Below are positions 9,625-19,600 of a stretch of DNA of 64,000 nt, piece after piece (the stretch's first letter is position 1; each line of letters begins with the position of its first letter). The DNA is from Mycobacteriales bacterium (GTDB lineage: Bacteria; Actinomycetota; Actinomycetes; JAFAQI01). The position numbers were made by a program, and so were the translations under genes. Under the pieces are notes generated by a model, which had not been told where the DNA came from, ran no database searches, and was given only the letters and a program-made list of their open reading frames with translations. The stretch covers positions 19,159-83,158 of the forward strand of contig DASZOU010000037.1 in the NCBI GenBank assembly GCA_035550655.1, in the 5' to 3' direction.

Positions 9625-10326
9625 ATGAGAATCCGGCCGCTCCTGTTCTTCTCTCTCGCCGCCGTCCTCGGCGCGGGCGCCGTCCCGGCTGCAACCGCGA
9701 CCACGCGACACCCAGCGATCGGCGCGCTCCCCACCCGCCTCAAGGGCGTGCATGACGCCACCCAAGTGATTTCGGTCGTTGCCAACGGATACGGCACGAC
9801 GACCGCCACCGTCCGAGCCTTCGCGAAGCGGGGCGGGACATGGCATGAGGTCTTCGGGCCCGCCTCGGCGTGGATCGGCTCCGCCGGCTTCGCTCCCCCT
9901 GGCGCCAAGCGCGAAGGGGATGCACGGACCCCGAGCGGGTCCTACACGTTCTCCTTCTTCTTCGGCGTGGACCGGAATCCGGGCGTGCACTTCCGGTGGC
10001 GGCACGCGAACTCCTTCGACTACTGGGACGACGACCCGGCTAGCCCGCGGTACAACGAGTGGGTCAACGCCCGCCGCCACTCTGCGGGCCGCTCCCCCGA
10101 GCCACTGCACGTCGTCCCGTCGTACCGGGATGTTGCCGCGATCAACTACAACGCCGAGCGCACTCCCGGCCGAGGCAGCGCGATCTTCCTGCACGTCACG
10201 CACCACAGCGCGACCACCGGCTGCATTGCCCTGCCGCGCGCGGACGTCGTCCGGCTGCTCCGCTGGCTGCGGCCGGCAGCCCACCCGCGGATCATCATGG
10301 GGACCGCCGCTACCGTGACCCGGTGA
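9625..10326 (+). CDS. L,D-transpeptidase (YkuD/ErfK family)
   Basis: Signal peptide. The catalytic block HSATTGCIALPRADVVRLLRWL has the conserved His and Cys of the L,D-transpeptidase domain. Confidence 0.75.
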   Translation: MRIRPLLFFSLAAVLGAGAVPAATATTRHPAIGALPTRLKGVHDATQVISVVANGYGTTTATVRAFAKRGGTWHEVFGPASAWIGSAGFAPPGAKREGDARTPSGSYTFSFFFGVDRNPGVHFRWRHANSFDYWDDDPASPRYNEWVNARRHSAGRSPEPLHVVPSYRDVAAINYNAERTPGRGSAIFLHVTHHSATTGCIALPRADVVRLLRWLRPAAHPRIIMGTAATVTR

Positions 10327-10340
10327 CTTCGCGGGACACA

Positions 10341-11489
10341 GTGACAGGGCCGCTTCGCGGCGTGAAGGTGATCGAGCTCGCCGGCATCGGCCCCGGACCG
10401 TACGCCTGCATGCTGCTGGCGGACCTCGGTGCCGAGGTACTGCGGCTGGAGCGGCCGCGCGGAACGATCTCGGGGGTGATCGGCGGGTACGACGTGCTCG
10501 CTCGTGGCCGGCGCTCCGTCGCGATCGACTTGAAGGCGCCAGGCGCTCGCGAGCTCGTGCTCGATCTCGCACAGGAAGCCGACGTCATCGTCGAGGCGTT
10601 TCGCCCAGGTGTCGCAGAGCGCCTGGGGATCGGGCCCGACGACTGCCTGGGCGCGAACCCGAAGGTCGTCTATGCGCGGATGACCGGCTGGGGCCAGGAA
10701 GGCCCGCTCGCTGACCGCGTCGGCCACGACATCAACTACGCGTCGATCACCGGCGCGATCGCGGCGGTCGGCGAGAAGGACCGCAAGCCCGTGCCGCCGC
10801 TGAACCTCGTGGCCGACTTCGGCGGCGGTTCGATGTTCTGCGTCATGGGCATCCTCGCCGCGCTGATCGAACGGCAGTCCAGCGGCAAGGGTCAGGTCAT
10901 CGACGTCGCGATGGTGGACGGCGTCACCAGCCTGCTGTCGATGGCGCACGGCCAGCGCGGCGCGGGCATGATGCCGGACGCGCGGGGCAGCAGCCTGCTC
11001 GACGGTGGCGCGCCGTACTACGACACCTATCGCTGCTCCGACGGCGAGTACATGTCGGTGGGCGCGATCGAGCCGCAGTTCTACGAGGCGCTGAAGCAGA
11101 CCCTCGAGCTGCCGGATCTGCCGGCGCAGTCAGACCACGCGAGCTGGCCGAAGATCCGGGAGATGCTCGCCGAGAAGTTCGCGACCAAGACCCGCGACGA
11201 GTGGGCCGCGATCTTCGACGAGGTCGACGCCTGCGTCGCGCCGGTGCTGTGGCTCTCCGAAGCTCAGCACCACCCGCATCTGGTCGCGCGCGGCACGCTG
11301 GTCGACGTCGGCGGAGTCGTCCAGCCGGCCCCCGCCCCGCGCTTCTCGCGCACCCCCGGGCAGATCGGTGCGCCGCCGAAGGCGCCGGGGTCGGACACCG
11401 TGGCAGCGCTCACGGACTGGGGCATCGACGAGACCCGGATCGAGAAGCTCCAAGCCGACAACGCGGTGGTCCAGGTCGAGTCCAGCTAG
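10341..11489 (+). CDS. CaiB/BaiF family III CoA-transferase (alpha-methylacyl-CoA racemase-like)
   Basis: Start trimmed to an in-frame GTG just after the upstream stop. The N-terminus LRGVKVIELAGIGPGPYACMLLADLGAEV and the central VAD...GG blocks are typical of the CoA-transferase III/Mcr family. Confidence 0.75.
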   Translation: MTGPLRGVKVIELAGIGPGPYACMLLADLGAEVLRLERPRGTISGVIGGYDVLARGRRSVAIDLKAPGARELVLDLAQEADVIVEAFRPGVAERLGIGPDDCLGANPKVVYARMTGWGQEGPLADRVGHDINYASITGAIAAVGEKDRKPVPPLNLVADFGGGSMFCVMGILAALIERQSSGKGQVIDVAMVDGVTSLLSMAHGQRGAGMMPDARGSSLLDGGAPYYDTYRCSDGEYMSVGAIEPQFYEALKQTLELPDLPAQSDHASWPKIREMLAEKFATKTRDEWAAIFDEVDACVAPVLWLSEAQHHPHLVARGTLVDVGGVVQPAPAPRFSRTPGQIGAPPKAPGSDTVAALTDWGIDETRIEKLQADNAVVQVESS

Positions 11490-12592
11490 GTCCGCCAGAT
11501 CAGGACGAGCGCTCGATCGTCGGTCGCGTCCGGCGAGGCGTCCTCCAGCAGCCGGCGCGCTCCGCCGTCGAAGCCACGCGGAATGAGCCGCTCCGCGGCA
11601 CCCAGCAGCCGGTCGATGCCGACCTCGAGATCGCGCCCGGGCACTTCGACCAGCCCGTCGGTGTAGAGCAGCAGCGCGTCGTACGGTCCCAGCTGGCCGT
11701 CGATGGAGCCGAACTCGCCCTCACTGAGCAAGCCGAGAACCGTTCCGCTCGGCTCCACCACCTGCCACACGCCGGCGCCGCCCGAATAGTGAACGGCAGG
11801 CAGATGGCCGGCGTTGGTGATCCGGTACCGGCCGGTGCCGAGCTCCATCCTGAGGTGCAGCGCGGTGGCGAAGCCCTCGTCCCAGTCCTGGCGCAGGAGG
11901 TACTCGTTCGCCGACGCCAGGAAGCGCTCTGGCGAGACGGCACCGAGCAGGCCACCGAGCGCCCCCGACAGGGTGAGGGCGCGGGTGCCGGCGTCGAGTC
12001 CCTTGCCGGACACGTCGACGAGGACGAGCTCGAGGGTCCGCCCGCCGTCGGTCACCGCCGACAGCAGGAAGTCGCCGCCGAAGCTCGCACCACCGGCTGA
12101 CTGCTGCTCGACCTCGGCGTGCCAGCCGGGCGGCAACGCCGGAAGATCGCTCTGCAGCCGCAGCCGGTCCCTCAGCTCGAGCAGCATCGCCTCGCCGCGG
12201 CCGGCTGACAGTCCGAGCCGCTGCCGGTCGGCCGACTGCTTGACGGCGATCGCCGCGACCACGGCAAGCACGAAGTAGGCGCCCGGGCGAATCGTGCCGT
12301 CCCCGACGCCGAGGTTCTCGGCGATGACGACCGCGAACGCCGCCACGATCACCGCACCCAACGGCACCGGCTCGAGCAGGAACCCGCCGAGGATTACCGG
12401 CACGACGACGGTCAGTGCCGGGAACGCGTCCGCACCGAAATCCGCAGTGAGCACCAACACGAGGCCGGTCAACGCGACGACACCCAGCAGGGCGACCCAA
12501 CGACCGCGAACCGACTCGGGCGGCCCGAGCACGCCGAGCCTTCGCCGGGCGCGCTCCGCGACGCTCACGCCGCCGCCGGCCGGCTGCCCCAT
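11486..12592 (-). CDS. PP2C-family Ser/Thr phosphatase (SpoIIE/RsbU-like) with N-terminal membrane domain
   Basis: 368-aa ORF with two or three N-terminal TM helices. The C-terminal region has GGDF...D...DVSGKG...TDGLVE metal-binding blocks of PPM phosphatases. Confidence 0.7.
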   Translation of the reverse strand: MGQPAGGGVSVAERARRRLGVLGPPESVRGRWVALLGVVALTGLVLVLTADFGADAFPALTVVVPVILGGFLLEPVPLGAVIVAAFAVVIAENLGVGDGTIRPGAYFVLAVVAAIAVKQSADRQRLGLSAGRGEAMLLELRDRLRLQSDLPALPPGWHAEVEQQSAGGASFGGDFLLSAVTDGGRTLELVLVDVSGKGLDAGTRALTLSGALGGLLGAVSPERFLASANEYLLRQDWDEGFATALHLRMELGTGRYRITNAGHLPAVHYSGGAGVWQVVEPSGTVLGLLSEGEFGSIDGQLGPYDALLLYTDGLVEVPGRDLEVGIDRLLGAAERLIPRGFDGGARRLLEDASPDATDDRALVLIWRT

Positions 12593-12621
12593 AACTCCGC
12601 GACCCTAGTCGGCGCTCCTGA

Positions 12622-13101
12622 TCATTGGGAGTCCTCACGGCGTGGCGGCAGCACGCGGGTCTGTTCGTACGCCGTGATCAGCTCGATCCGCCGCACGTGG
12701 CGCTCAGCATCGCTGAACGGCGTGGCGATGAAAGCCTCCGCGAAGCCCACCGCGACGTCCTCGTCGTACATCCGCGCACCCAGGCTCAGCACGTTCGCGT
12801 TGTTGTGCTCCCGACCGAGCTTCGCGGTCTCCTCGCTGAAGGCCAGCGCGCAACGCACCCCGGGCACCTTGTTCGCCGCGATCGCCTCGCCGTTTCCGGA
12901 GCCGCCGATGACGATGCCGAGACTGCCGGGATCAGCGACCACGTTCGTACCCACGAGCAAGCAGTACGGCGGGTAGTCGTCGGAGTCTCGAAGCTCGAAC
13001 GGCCCGCAGTCGACTGCCTCGTGCCCGAGCTCGGCGAGCCGATCGATGAGGCGAGCCTTCAACGTCCAACCGGCGTGGTCGGACCCGATGTAGACGCGCA
13101 T
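12622..13101 (-). CDS. rpiB: ribose-5-phosphate isomerase B
   Basis: 159-aa ORF beginning MRVYIGSDHAGWTLKARLIDRLAELGHEAVDCGP, with the RpiB/LacAB fold and catalytic Cys region. Confidence 0.85.
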   Translation of the reverse strand: MRVYIGSDHAGWTLKARLIDRLAELGHEAVDCGPFELRDSDDYPPYCLLVGTNVVADPGSLGIVIGGSGNGEAIAANKVPGVRCALAFSEETAKLGREHNNANVLSLGARMYDEDVAVGFAEAFIATPFSDAERHVRRIELITAYEQTRVLPPRREDSQ

Positions 13102-14514
<1,413 letters not shown>

Positions 14515-14619
14515 GTCCCCGCCCGCCTCCCATGAGCTGTGCCGGCAGCGCCGGCGCCGATTCGATTCGCTGAGCGTATGCCGCGGGCGTGCGTAAACAC
14601 AGCCGGGTACCGTCGCGAG

Positions 14620-15246
14620 GTGCCCGTGCAAGCCGTCGTCTTCGACCTCGGCGGCGTGCTCGCCGAGTTCTCCGGCGTCGCGACGATGCGCGAGCTTGCG
14701 GGCATCGACTCCGACGACGCTCTCTGGCAGCGCTGGCTCGAGTGCGAGTGGGTCCGCCGCTTCGAGCGCGGCCACTGTTCGGCTGCCGAGTTCGCCGACG
14801 GCATGGTCGCCGACTGGCGACTGCCGATGACCGGTGCCGAGTTCCTCGCTGCCTTCGGTGACTGGGTTCAGCACCCGTACGACGGTGCCGAGGAGCTCGT
14901 CAAGGAGACCGCAGCCATCGCGACCGTGGCGATGCTGTCGAACATGAACGCCGTCCACTGGGAGCTCGCGGTGAGCGACTGGCCGCTCGTCTCCCACTTC
15001 GAGCACGTGTTCACGTCGTTCCAGCTCGGGCTGATCAAGCCGGACGCCGAGATCTTCACCCATGTCGTCGGCGTACTCGGCCTGGCGCCGCAGGAGGTGC
15101 TGTTCCTCGACGACAACCAGATCAACGTCGACGGCGCTCGGGCGGCCGGGCTTCGCGCGGAGCGGGTGCGAGGCGTGGCGGAGGCGCGCGCGGCCGTGGA
15201 CCGAACGCTCAGTCGAAGCTCGGGCGCTGGTCCCGGGTCCGCTTGA
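14620..15246 (+). CDS. HAD-superfamily hydrolase
   Basis: Start trimmed to GTG ([14 protein letters not shown]). Motif I DxG and the distal FLDDN motif are present. Confidence 0.6.
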   Translation: MPVQAVVFDLGGVLAEFSGVATMRELAGIDSDDALWQRWLECEWVRRFERGHCSAAEFADGMVADWRLPMTGAEFLAAFGDWVQHPYDGAEELVKETAAIATVAMLSNMNAVHWELAVSDWPLVSHFEHVFTSFQLGLIKPDAEIFTHVVGVLGLAPQEVLFLDDNQINVDGARAAGLRAERVRGVAEARAAVDRTLSRSSGAGPGSA

Positions 15247-15811
15247 TCTCGTAGAAGCCCGGCGTCTGCGCGACGAGCAGCACCCCGTCCCACAACCGGC
15301 CGGCGGCCTCATCCCGCGGCGCGGGCGTGACGACCGGTCCGAAGAAGGCCGTTCCGCCGACCCGGATGATCGGCGTGCCGACGTCCTGGCCGACGAGCGA
15401 CATCCCCTCGTCGTGCGACGCGCGTACCGCATCGTCGTAAGACGGGTCGTCCATCGCATCGACGAGCTCGGCCGGCAGGCCGGCCTCGGCGACCGCCGCA
15501 GCGATTGTCGGGCGATCCTTCGGCAGCTTCTCCGGGTGGAACCGCCTCCCGAGCGCCGTGTAGAGCGGGCCCACAGCGTCGGGGCCGAGTGACTGCTCGG
15601 CCGCAACGCACACGCGCATCGGTCCCCAGCCGAGGGCAATCCGCTCGATGTAGTCCGCCGGGAGGTCGCGGCCCTCATTGAGGATCGCCAGGCTCATCGG
15701 CCGCCAGCGCACCCTGACGTCACGGACCTGCTCCACCTCGAGCATCCAGCGCGAGGTCAGCCACGCCCACGGGCACAGCGTGTCGAACCAGAAATCTGCG
15801 ATCGTTGCCAT
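15209..15811 (-). CDS. DsbA-like thioredoxin-fold oxidoreductase (Rv2466c-like)
   Basis: Start trimmed to [18 protein letters not shown], which contains a CPWA thioredoxin-type active site typical of the DsbA-like/2-hydroxychromene-2-carboxylate isomerase family. Its 3' end overlaps the convergent HAD gene. Confidence 0.6.
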   Translation of the reverse strand: MATIADFWFDTLCPWAWLTSRWMLEVEQVRDVRVRWRPMSLAILNEGRDLPADYIERIALGWGPMRVCVAAEQSLGPDAVGPLYTALGRRFHPEKLPKDRPTIAAAVAEAGLPAELVDAMDDPSYDDAVRASHDEGMSLVGQDVGTPIIRVGGTAFFGPVVTPAPRDEAAGRLWDGVLLVAQTPGFYEIKRTRDQRPSFD

Positions 15812-15872
15812 TGCAAGAACCCTATCCACGGCGCCGGATCCAGGACGCCGGCGCCGTGGCAGACTCGGCGCC

Positions 15873-18434
15873 GTGACCGCCGAGAACCTGACCCTCGTCG
15901 AAGCGGAGGAGCGGCGGCGGTTGCTCGACGTCGCGCTCTACGACGTCCAGCTCGACCTCACGACCGCGCTGTCCGAGCCGCGCCGGTTCCGCTCGACCAC
16001 ATCCGTGACGTTCAGCTGCATCGAGCCAGGCGCAACCGCCCACCTGGACATCACTGCGGACCTCGTCGAGTCCGCGACGCTCAACGGAACCCCGATCGAC
16101 GTCGAGCGGGCATTCAACGGGCAGCGGCTCATGCTGCCTCCGCTGGCGGCGGCCAACGAGCTCACCGTGGTGGCCCAGTGCGTCTACTCGCGCAGCGGCG
16201 AGGGACTGCACCGCTTCGTCGACCCCGTCGACGGCGAGGTCTACCTCTACACGCAGTTCGAGACCTTCGACGCGCACCGCATGTTCGCGTGCTTCGACCA
16301 GCCCGACCTGAAGGCCGTCTTCCGGATCATGGCCGACGCCCCCGATCACTGGCGGGTGCTGTCCAACATGCCGTCAAGCGTCGAAGGCGGCCGGCACATG
16401 TTCGAGCCGACCCCTCGGCAGTCGACGTACATCACTGCCCTCGTGGCCGGACCGTACGAAGGGACCACCGCTACGCATGACGGGATCGATCTCGGCGTGT
16501 ACTGCCGACGGTCGCTGCTCGAGCATCTCGACGCCGGGGACATCCTCGAGGTGACCCGGCAGGGCTTCGACGCCTTCCACGCGCTGTTCGAGACGCGCTA
16601 CGCCTGGCCGAAGTACGACCAGGTGTTCGTGCCCGAGTTCAACATGGGCGCGATGGAGAACGCGGGCTGCGTGACCTTCACCGAGGACTACATCTTCCGG
16701 TCACGCACCACGGACTACTCCTACGAGCGCCGGGCCGTCACCGTCCTGCACGAGATGGCGCACATGTGGTTCGGCGACCTCGTGACGATGAAGTGGTGGG
16801 ACGACCTCTGGCTCAACGAGTCCTTCGCCGAGTTCGTCTCGACCCACGTCACGGCGGGACACACCCGCTGGCCCGACGTCTGGACCTCGTTCTGCAACGC
16901 CGAGAAGACCTGGGCCTACCGGCAGGACCAGCTCGCGACCACACACCCGATCGCCGCGGACATCCCCGACATCGAGGCGGTCACCACCAACTTCGACGGA
17001 ATCACCTACGCCAAGGGCGCCTCGGTGCTGAAGCTGCTCGCCCACTGGGTCGGCGAGGACGCGTTCTTCTCGGCCACGCGCAGCTACTTCGCCAAGCACG
17101 CCCACTCGAACACGACCATGCAGGACCTGCTCGACGCACTCGAGGCGGCGAGCGGCCGCGATCTGTCGGCGTGGACCCAGCAGTGGATCCAGACGGCGGG
17201 CGTCAACACGTTGCGCGCCGAGTTCGAAACCGACGCGGAGGACTGCTTCACCTCGTTCGCTGTTCGCCAGACTGCGCCCGCCGAGCACCCGACCTTGCGG
17301 ATGCACCGACTGCGGATCGGCCTGTACGACGAGGGAGCCGACGGGCTGCGCCGGCAACGCCAGCTGGAGATCGACGTCGCCGGCGAGCGCACCGAGGTGC
17401 CTGACCTCATCGGCGTGGAGCGGCCCGACCTCGTACTGCTCAATGACGACGACCTGACGTACGCCAAGATCCGGCTCGACGACCGGTCGTGGCACACGCT
17501 CGTCACGTCGATCGGCCGGCTCACCGATCCGCTGGCTCGCACGCTGTGCTGGACCGCAGCCTGGGACATGACCCGCGATGCCGAGGTGAGCGCGGGCGAC
17601 TACCTCGACCTGGTCATCGCCGGCGTCGGCCAGGAGACCGAGGTCGGGACCGTCCAGACCTTGCTGCGGCTCGCCGCGCAGGCGATCGACCCGTACGGCG
17701 ATCCCGCTCGCAGCACGGAGCGCCGCACCCGGCTTGCGGCACGTGCCTTCGAGCTGCTCGACGCGAACCCGCCGGGCAGCGACCTGCAGCTCGCCTTCAC
17801 CCGGGCCGCGGCCGCCAACGCGACATCACCGGACCAGCTCGACCGGGTCGCGGCGCTGCTCGAGGGCAAGGAGCAGGTCGACGGGCTGGTGGTCGACACC
17901 GAGCTGCGCTGGCTGTTGCTGCACCGCCTGGTGGCCACCGGCCGTGCCGATGACGCCCGCATCGACGCCGAGCTCGCCCGCGACGACACCTCGGCCGGTC
18001 GCTGCCACGCGTTGACGCTGCGCGCGGCGCGGCCGAGCGCCGCCGCGAAAGCCGAGGCATGGCGGCAGGTCGTCGAGCACGAGGAGCTTCCCAACGCCGA
18101 GCAGGAAGCAACGATCGCCGGGTTCGTGAGCTACGAGCAGCGCGACCTGCTCGAGCCGTACGTCGACGCCTACTTCGGCGCGATCGGCGAGCTTTACCGG
18201 ACCCGCTCGGCCGAGATGGCCCAGCAGCTGATCGCCGGGCTGTACCCGTACTGGGCCACCGACGTCTCCACCATCGAGCACACCGAGGCGTATCTCGCCG
18301 CCGAGGAGCCCGGCGCCGCCCTGCGCCGCATGCTCCTGGAGGGACGCGACGCTCTGGCCCGCGCGCTGCGCTCGCGCGAGCGCGACATGGCCGCCGCCAC
18401 CCGCCCCCTCTTGGATGCGCCGAGCTCAACGTAA
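15873..18434 (+). CDS. pepN: aminopeptidase N (M1 family)
   Basis: Start trimmed to in-frame GTG (MTAENLTLVEAEERRRLLD). It has the gluzincin motif HEMAHMWFGDLVTMKWWDDLWLNESFAEF (HExxH plus E) and a GAMEN-type block (MGAMENAG). The stop codon is immediately followed by the repeat element. Confidence 0.9.
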   Translation: MTAENLTLVEAEERRRLLDVALYDVQLDLTTALSEPRRFRSTTSVTFSCIEPGATAHLDITADLVESATLNGTPIDVERAFNGQRLMLPPLAAANELTVVAQCVYSRSGEGLHRFVDPVDGEVYLYTQFETFDAHRMFACFDQPDLKAVFRIMADAPDHWRVLSNMPSSVEGGRHMFEPTPRQSTYITALVAGPYEGTTATHDGIDLGVYCRRSLLEHLDAGDILEVTRQGFDAFHALFETRYAWPKYDQVFVPEFNMGAMENAGCVTFTEDYIFRSRTTDYSYERRAVTVLHEMAHMWFGDLVTMKWWDDLWLNESFAEFVSTHVTAGHTRWPDVWTSFCNAEKTWAYRQDQLATTHPIAADIPDIEAVTTNFDGITYAKGASVLKLLAHWVGEDAFFSATRSYFAKHAHSNTTMQDLLDALEAASGRDLSAWTQQWIQTAGVNTLRAEFETDAEDCFTSFAVRQTAPAEHPTLRMHRLRIGLYDEGADGLRRQRQLEIDVAGERTEVPDLIGVERPDLVLLNDDDLTYAKIRLDDRSWHTLVTSIGRLTDPLARTLCWTAAWDMTRDAEVSAGDYLDLVIAGVGQETEVGTVQTLLRLAAQAIDPYGDPARSTERRTRLAARAFELLDANPPGSDLQLAFTRAAAANATSPDQLDRVAALLEGKEQVDGLVVDTELRWLLLHRLVATGRADDARIDAELARDDTSAGRCHALTLRAARPSAAAKAEAWRQVVEHEELPNAEQEATIAGFVSYEQRDLLEPYVDAYFGAIGELYRTRSAEMAQQLIAGLYPYWATDVSTIEHTEAYLAAEEPGAALRRMLLEGRDALARALRSRERDMAAATRPLLDAPSST

Positions 18435-18531
18435 GAGGCTGATCGCATGTGACATTGGTGTCGCGAATCGCGACGTCTATGTGACATGCGCGTCGTGATT
18501 CACCGCCCCTATGTGACATGCGGGCGAGGCG
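18435..18531. repeat. structured intergenic repeat, copy 1
   Basis: Three copies of the ATGTGACAT near-palindrome sit at 18447, 18479 and 18511 (32-bp period). The perfect palindrome GTCGCGAATCGCGAC lies between copies 1 and 2. Copy 1 is homologous, in reverse complement, to 34995..35095. Confidence 0.8.
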
Positions 18532-19557
18532 TCACAGCGGCGGAGGCCAGGCGGAGCCGTCGCTCTCGTCGGAGCCGATGACGGCGGCTACTCGCTGCAC
18601 CAGGCGCGGCGCGAGCAGCACCAGACCCAGCTCCCGGTCGTGAAGCAGCGAGGCGTCGCTGAGGTTCTCCGAGCCGACAAAGGCCATGCCGCCCGGCCGG
18701 CCGGCATCCACCGCGATCAGCTTCGCGTGCAGGTAGAGCGGCCGCTCGCCGTACATCACCCGGATCCGCGCCCCGACCCGGGTCAACGCCGCGAAGGCGG
18801 GCCGCCACTTGTCGGAGTAGGTCATCGCGACGCTGACCTGCACTCCCCGGCGGGCGGCGGCGAGGAGGGCGGACACCACCGCCGGGCTGGTGAGCTCCTC
18901 GCTCTCCAGCGCGACCGAGGAGCGCGCGCGGCCGATCATCGCGAGGACGTCCGCCCACGACTGGCCCGGGCTCCACACCAGGTCGTCCGCGGGCGGGACG
19001 GCGCCCTGACCGCGCAGGTCGGCCGTGAAGACCGACTCGATCGCCGCGACGTCGACGCGATCGACGTCGACGACCGCGGCATCCCGGCTGGTCGCGTAGT
19101 AGCGCGCGGTGAGGTTGAGCGACATGATCACGGCGGTGCGGCCGTCGATGACGAATGCCTTCTCGTGGGTCGCGAAGTAGCGCGGGGACGACCACGCGAC
19201 GTGCGCCCCGCGCCGTGAGAGGTAGTCGTACGCCGGCTGGTTGCGCACGCGCTCGAGCCGGCGGTCGAGGATGACCCGAACCCGCACGCCACGTCCGGCG
19301 TCGCTCGCGAGGATCTGCTCCGCGGTCGGGTCGTCGAGCTCGTACATCGTCAGGTCCAGCGAGCGGCGAGGCGAGGACAGCAGGGCGTAGATCGGCGCCA
19401 TGCCGTCGTCGGGCTCCACGATCAGCCGGTCGCCGCTCGCTGCCGGCGGTGCGACCGACGGCAGCGCGGCTGCCGGACGCCCGGTTCGACCGAGCGAGTG
19501 CCAACCCAACGCCGCGAGAACAGCCAAGGCAGCGACGACGAAGCGGGGCGATCTCAC
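18532..19557 (-). CDS. phospholipase D-like domain protein (two HKD motifs), secreted
   Basis: Start trimmed to GTG giving a signal peptide (MRSPRFVVAALAVLAALGW). The listed upstream extension would overlap the AI-2E gene. HKD motifs HEKAFVIDG and HAKLIAVD are present. Confidence 0.7.
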   Translation of the reverse strand: MRSPRFVVAALAVLAALGWHSLGRTGRPAAALPSVAPPAASGDRLIVEPDDGMAPIYALLSSPRRSLDLTMYELDDPTAEQILASDAGRGVRVRVILDRRLERVRNQPAYDYLSRRGAHVAWSSPRYFATHEKAFVIDGRTAVIMSLNLTARYYATSRDAAVVDVDRVDVAAIESVFTADLRGQGAVPPADDLVWSPGQSWADVLAMIGRARSSVALESEELTSPAVVSALLAAARRGVQVSVAMTYSDKWRPAFAALTRVGARIRVMYGERPLYLHAKLIAVDAGRPGGMAFVGSENLSDASLLHDRELGLVLLAPRLVQRVAAVIGSDESDGSAWPPPL

Positions 19558-19600
19558 CGCGCCAAGGTCCGCGGCGGCTCCGACACGGCCGCCGGGGCGG

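Noticed and set aside
15678-15872. N-terminal 65 codons of the listed pepN ORF
   Set aside because: This stretch overlaps the divergent DsbA-like gene and lacks M1 aminopeptidase homology. The start was trimmed to the in-frame GTG at 15873.
18194-18519. Small ORFs beginning MSHR...CHI at both repeat loci (also 34263..35045, 34900..35175, 35003..35383 in part)
   Set aside because: These are translations of the ATGTGACAT repeat units (M-S-H-x, C-H-I). They recur only because the DNA repeat recurs and are not protein-coding.
18435-18531. CRISPR array
   Set aside because: There are only three 9-bp units per locus with about 23-bp non-unique spacers, two loci, and no cas genes. Repeat length and spacing are incompatible with CRISPR.
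18532-19557. PLD-like protein as a Nuc-type defence nuclease
   Set aside because: It has a clear N-terminal signal peptide and two HKD motifs in a cardiolipin-synthase/phospholipase-like arrangement. An exported phospholipase or phosphodiesterase is more likely than a cytoplasmic defence nuclease.
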